In this document: positions 62,080 through 64,000 of the stretch, in pieces
Numbering within the stretch: the first letter of the stretch is position 1
Layout of the letters: the number at the start of each line of letters is the position of its first letter
Assembly (NCBI GenBank): GCA_964016885.1
Contig: OZ024743.1
Span: 144,770,001 to 144,834,000, forward strand
Direction: 5' to 3'
DNA from: Eledone cirrhosa
Taxonomy: Eukaryota
DNA length: 64,000 nt
The notes under the pieces: generated by a model
What the model was told of the DNA's origin: nothing
The model's database searches: none
The model's input: the letters and a program-made list of their open reading frames with translations, nothing else
Position numbers and translations under genes: made by a program

Positions 62080-64000
62080 TAACATATATGACACAGTCCT
62101 TCCCCTATATACATAGATACACATACTTATATGTCGCTTCTCCATCCTCTCCTCAAACTCATCTCCCAATCATGCCGAATCTGAAATATTTCCTCCACCA
62201 GCTTTATCCCACCCTCAATTGCATTCATTACTCCTTGCATCTCTCCAAACTTCTCTTCACTAAAACCTGCTATGACAGTCACGTCACTTTTCTTAGCTGA
62301 TGTCTCCACCACCATCTCATTCCCCGAGGTTTCCGCTTCAACTTCCACTCCACTTCCTACTCAGCTCCCACCATTGAACCTCTCCTTACCCGCTCCTCTC
62401 GCCATCTCATGCGGGTGACCCTCTCTCAAATCCGTTCTCTCGACCAAGATCTCCCCGAAGCCCACCTTCTTCTCTCCTCTACTTGCCACCTCCTCTGCGC
62501 CCAATTCATCCTCCACCTCAATTTCTCACCGCCAAGAAAGAAAAATTTGTCCGCTCCGTCTGCCATCAACATACACCCACCTCACCCGCAGCCCTAACTC
62601 TATTATCCCCTTGCCTACGATTCACTTTCTCATCGCTTCCACCTTCACTTCTCTCCCCATAACTGACTCCACACATGCCACCCCAGCCTCCACTAGTTTC
62701 TCTCCCTCACGTACCTCCCATAGTGTTGTCACCCTACCTCCTGACCTATCACTATCCGAAACTGAGTGCTCCCTCCTCACCAGGGTTTTGTGCTTCATAC
62801 CCACCACATCCACCTGCAATGAATTCCGAACAAGTACTGAGGTTGAACAAGTACTGAGGTCGCCTAAAACTAAAATACAAGCATTCTGCTACAGCACATC
62901 ACCATCGGCTCAAACAGACTGCTTCACAAGCCTCAGTCGCCAACAGTCACAGTGGACGCTGAGCTCTGGGCAGTTCAGCACACTTGACATTTGTGGAAAC
63001 TTGCCGACGAATTTTGAACCACTTCAATTTCCGAAAACAATGTCGTCGTACCGACCTCACTCAGGCTGAACTCTCCGCTCTGCGCAGCCTACGGCATCGG
63101 AACGACATTACCCTCAAACCCGCTGATAAAGGTGGTGTGGCTCGCAGACCTATACAGGACGGAGGAGGCCCTCCGCCAGCTTCATAACACCCAATTTTAC
63201 CATTTGTTATCCTCTGACACCCACCCCAGACTACCAACAGCCCGTGTCCCCTACGATTCGCCAACTCATCTCCTCCTCTCTCCTACCACCTACTGCTACT
63301 AATCTTATACACACCACCTACTTCTTCCCCAAGATATTGGGGATATAATACATAAACCCGATGATTCCGGCCGCCCTATCGTTTCAGCCTGTAACTGCCC
63401 TAAAATAATTTCCCAATACGTTGATACCCTTCTCGCCTGCCTCGTAACGGGTCTCCCTTCCCACATCCATGACGCTAATCATACTCTTCGACTGTTTGAC
63501 CCCTTCCCTTTCACTTCTGGTCTCACTCGCCTTCTCTTTACCATGGTCATCAACTCTCTTTACACCGTCATCGCTCACGATGACGGCCTCCGTGCTTTCC
63601 GACATTATTTAGCCTTACACCCTACCCTAGTATTTCTACTCTTCTCTGCCTTACTGGACTCGTTCTCACTCTTAATGCTCTTCCCTTTTCCTGAGAGTTT
63701 TACCAACAGGTCTCTGGAGTAGCCATGGGTACAAGAAAGGGCCCTAACCATGCCAACTTGTTCGTAGGCTACGTTTAAGCCTTGATCTTCTCCCAGTACA
63801 CTGGTCCAACTCCTGAGAAATACGGTTGTTACATCGACGATAGTATCGGCGCCATCTTACTTCTCTGTGAAGAGCTCGACTCCTTTCTTTCTTTCGTCCA
63901 GTTTTTTCATCCGGCCCTCACTTTCACCACCTCCGTCTCCAAATCTTCAATCCAATTTCTTGATATCTCTCTATCGACCACACTCACCACACACTCTCTA
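62080..64000 (+). mobile_element. Decayed Penelope-like retroelement (RT), running off the right edge
   Basis: ITLKPADKGG, HKPDDSGRPIVSACNCP, SLYT.I.HDDGL, YQQVSGVAMG..GP..ANLFVG, YIDD and IQFLDI occur in order across broken frames. Confidence 0.9.

Overview
AT-rich, repeat-dense animal genomic DNA. The SINE/RTE repertoire and (TA)n content suggest an octopod cephalopod, but that is inference. Two spliced host genes, almost entirely missed by the ORF track, sit head-to-head with start codons about 1.65 kb apart. MED15 is on the minus strand, with 4 coding exons visible (49846-49907, 46708-46795, 37752-37803, 6281-6478) and continues beyond the left edge. MRPS17 is on the plus strand (51560-51676 and 54766-55002, 117 aa). 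Most of the rest is decayed transposable elements: RTE LINEs, tRNA-derived SINEs, mariner, piggyBac, hAT MITEs, a Helitron, a Penelope-like element and a CRE-like fragment. The most interesting signal is a 2.6-copy tandem array of a 466-bp unit (45355-46562) in MED15 intron 2. Each full unit carries a minimal type I hammerhead ribozyme motif in the sense of the MED15 pre-mRNA, a retrozyme-like arrangement that could release a 466-nt, possibly circular, RNA. Stem II is imperfect, so activity needs testing. Exon coordinates were counted by hand; TE boundaries without TSDs are approximate.
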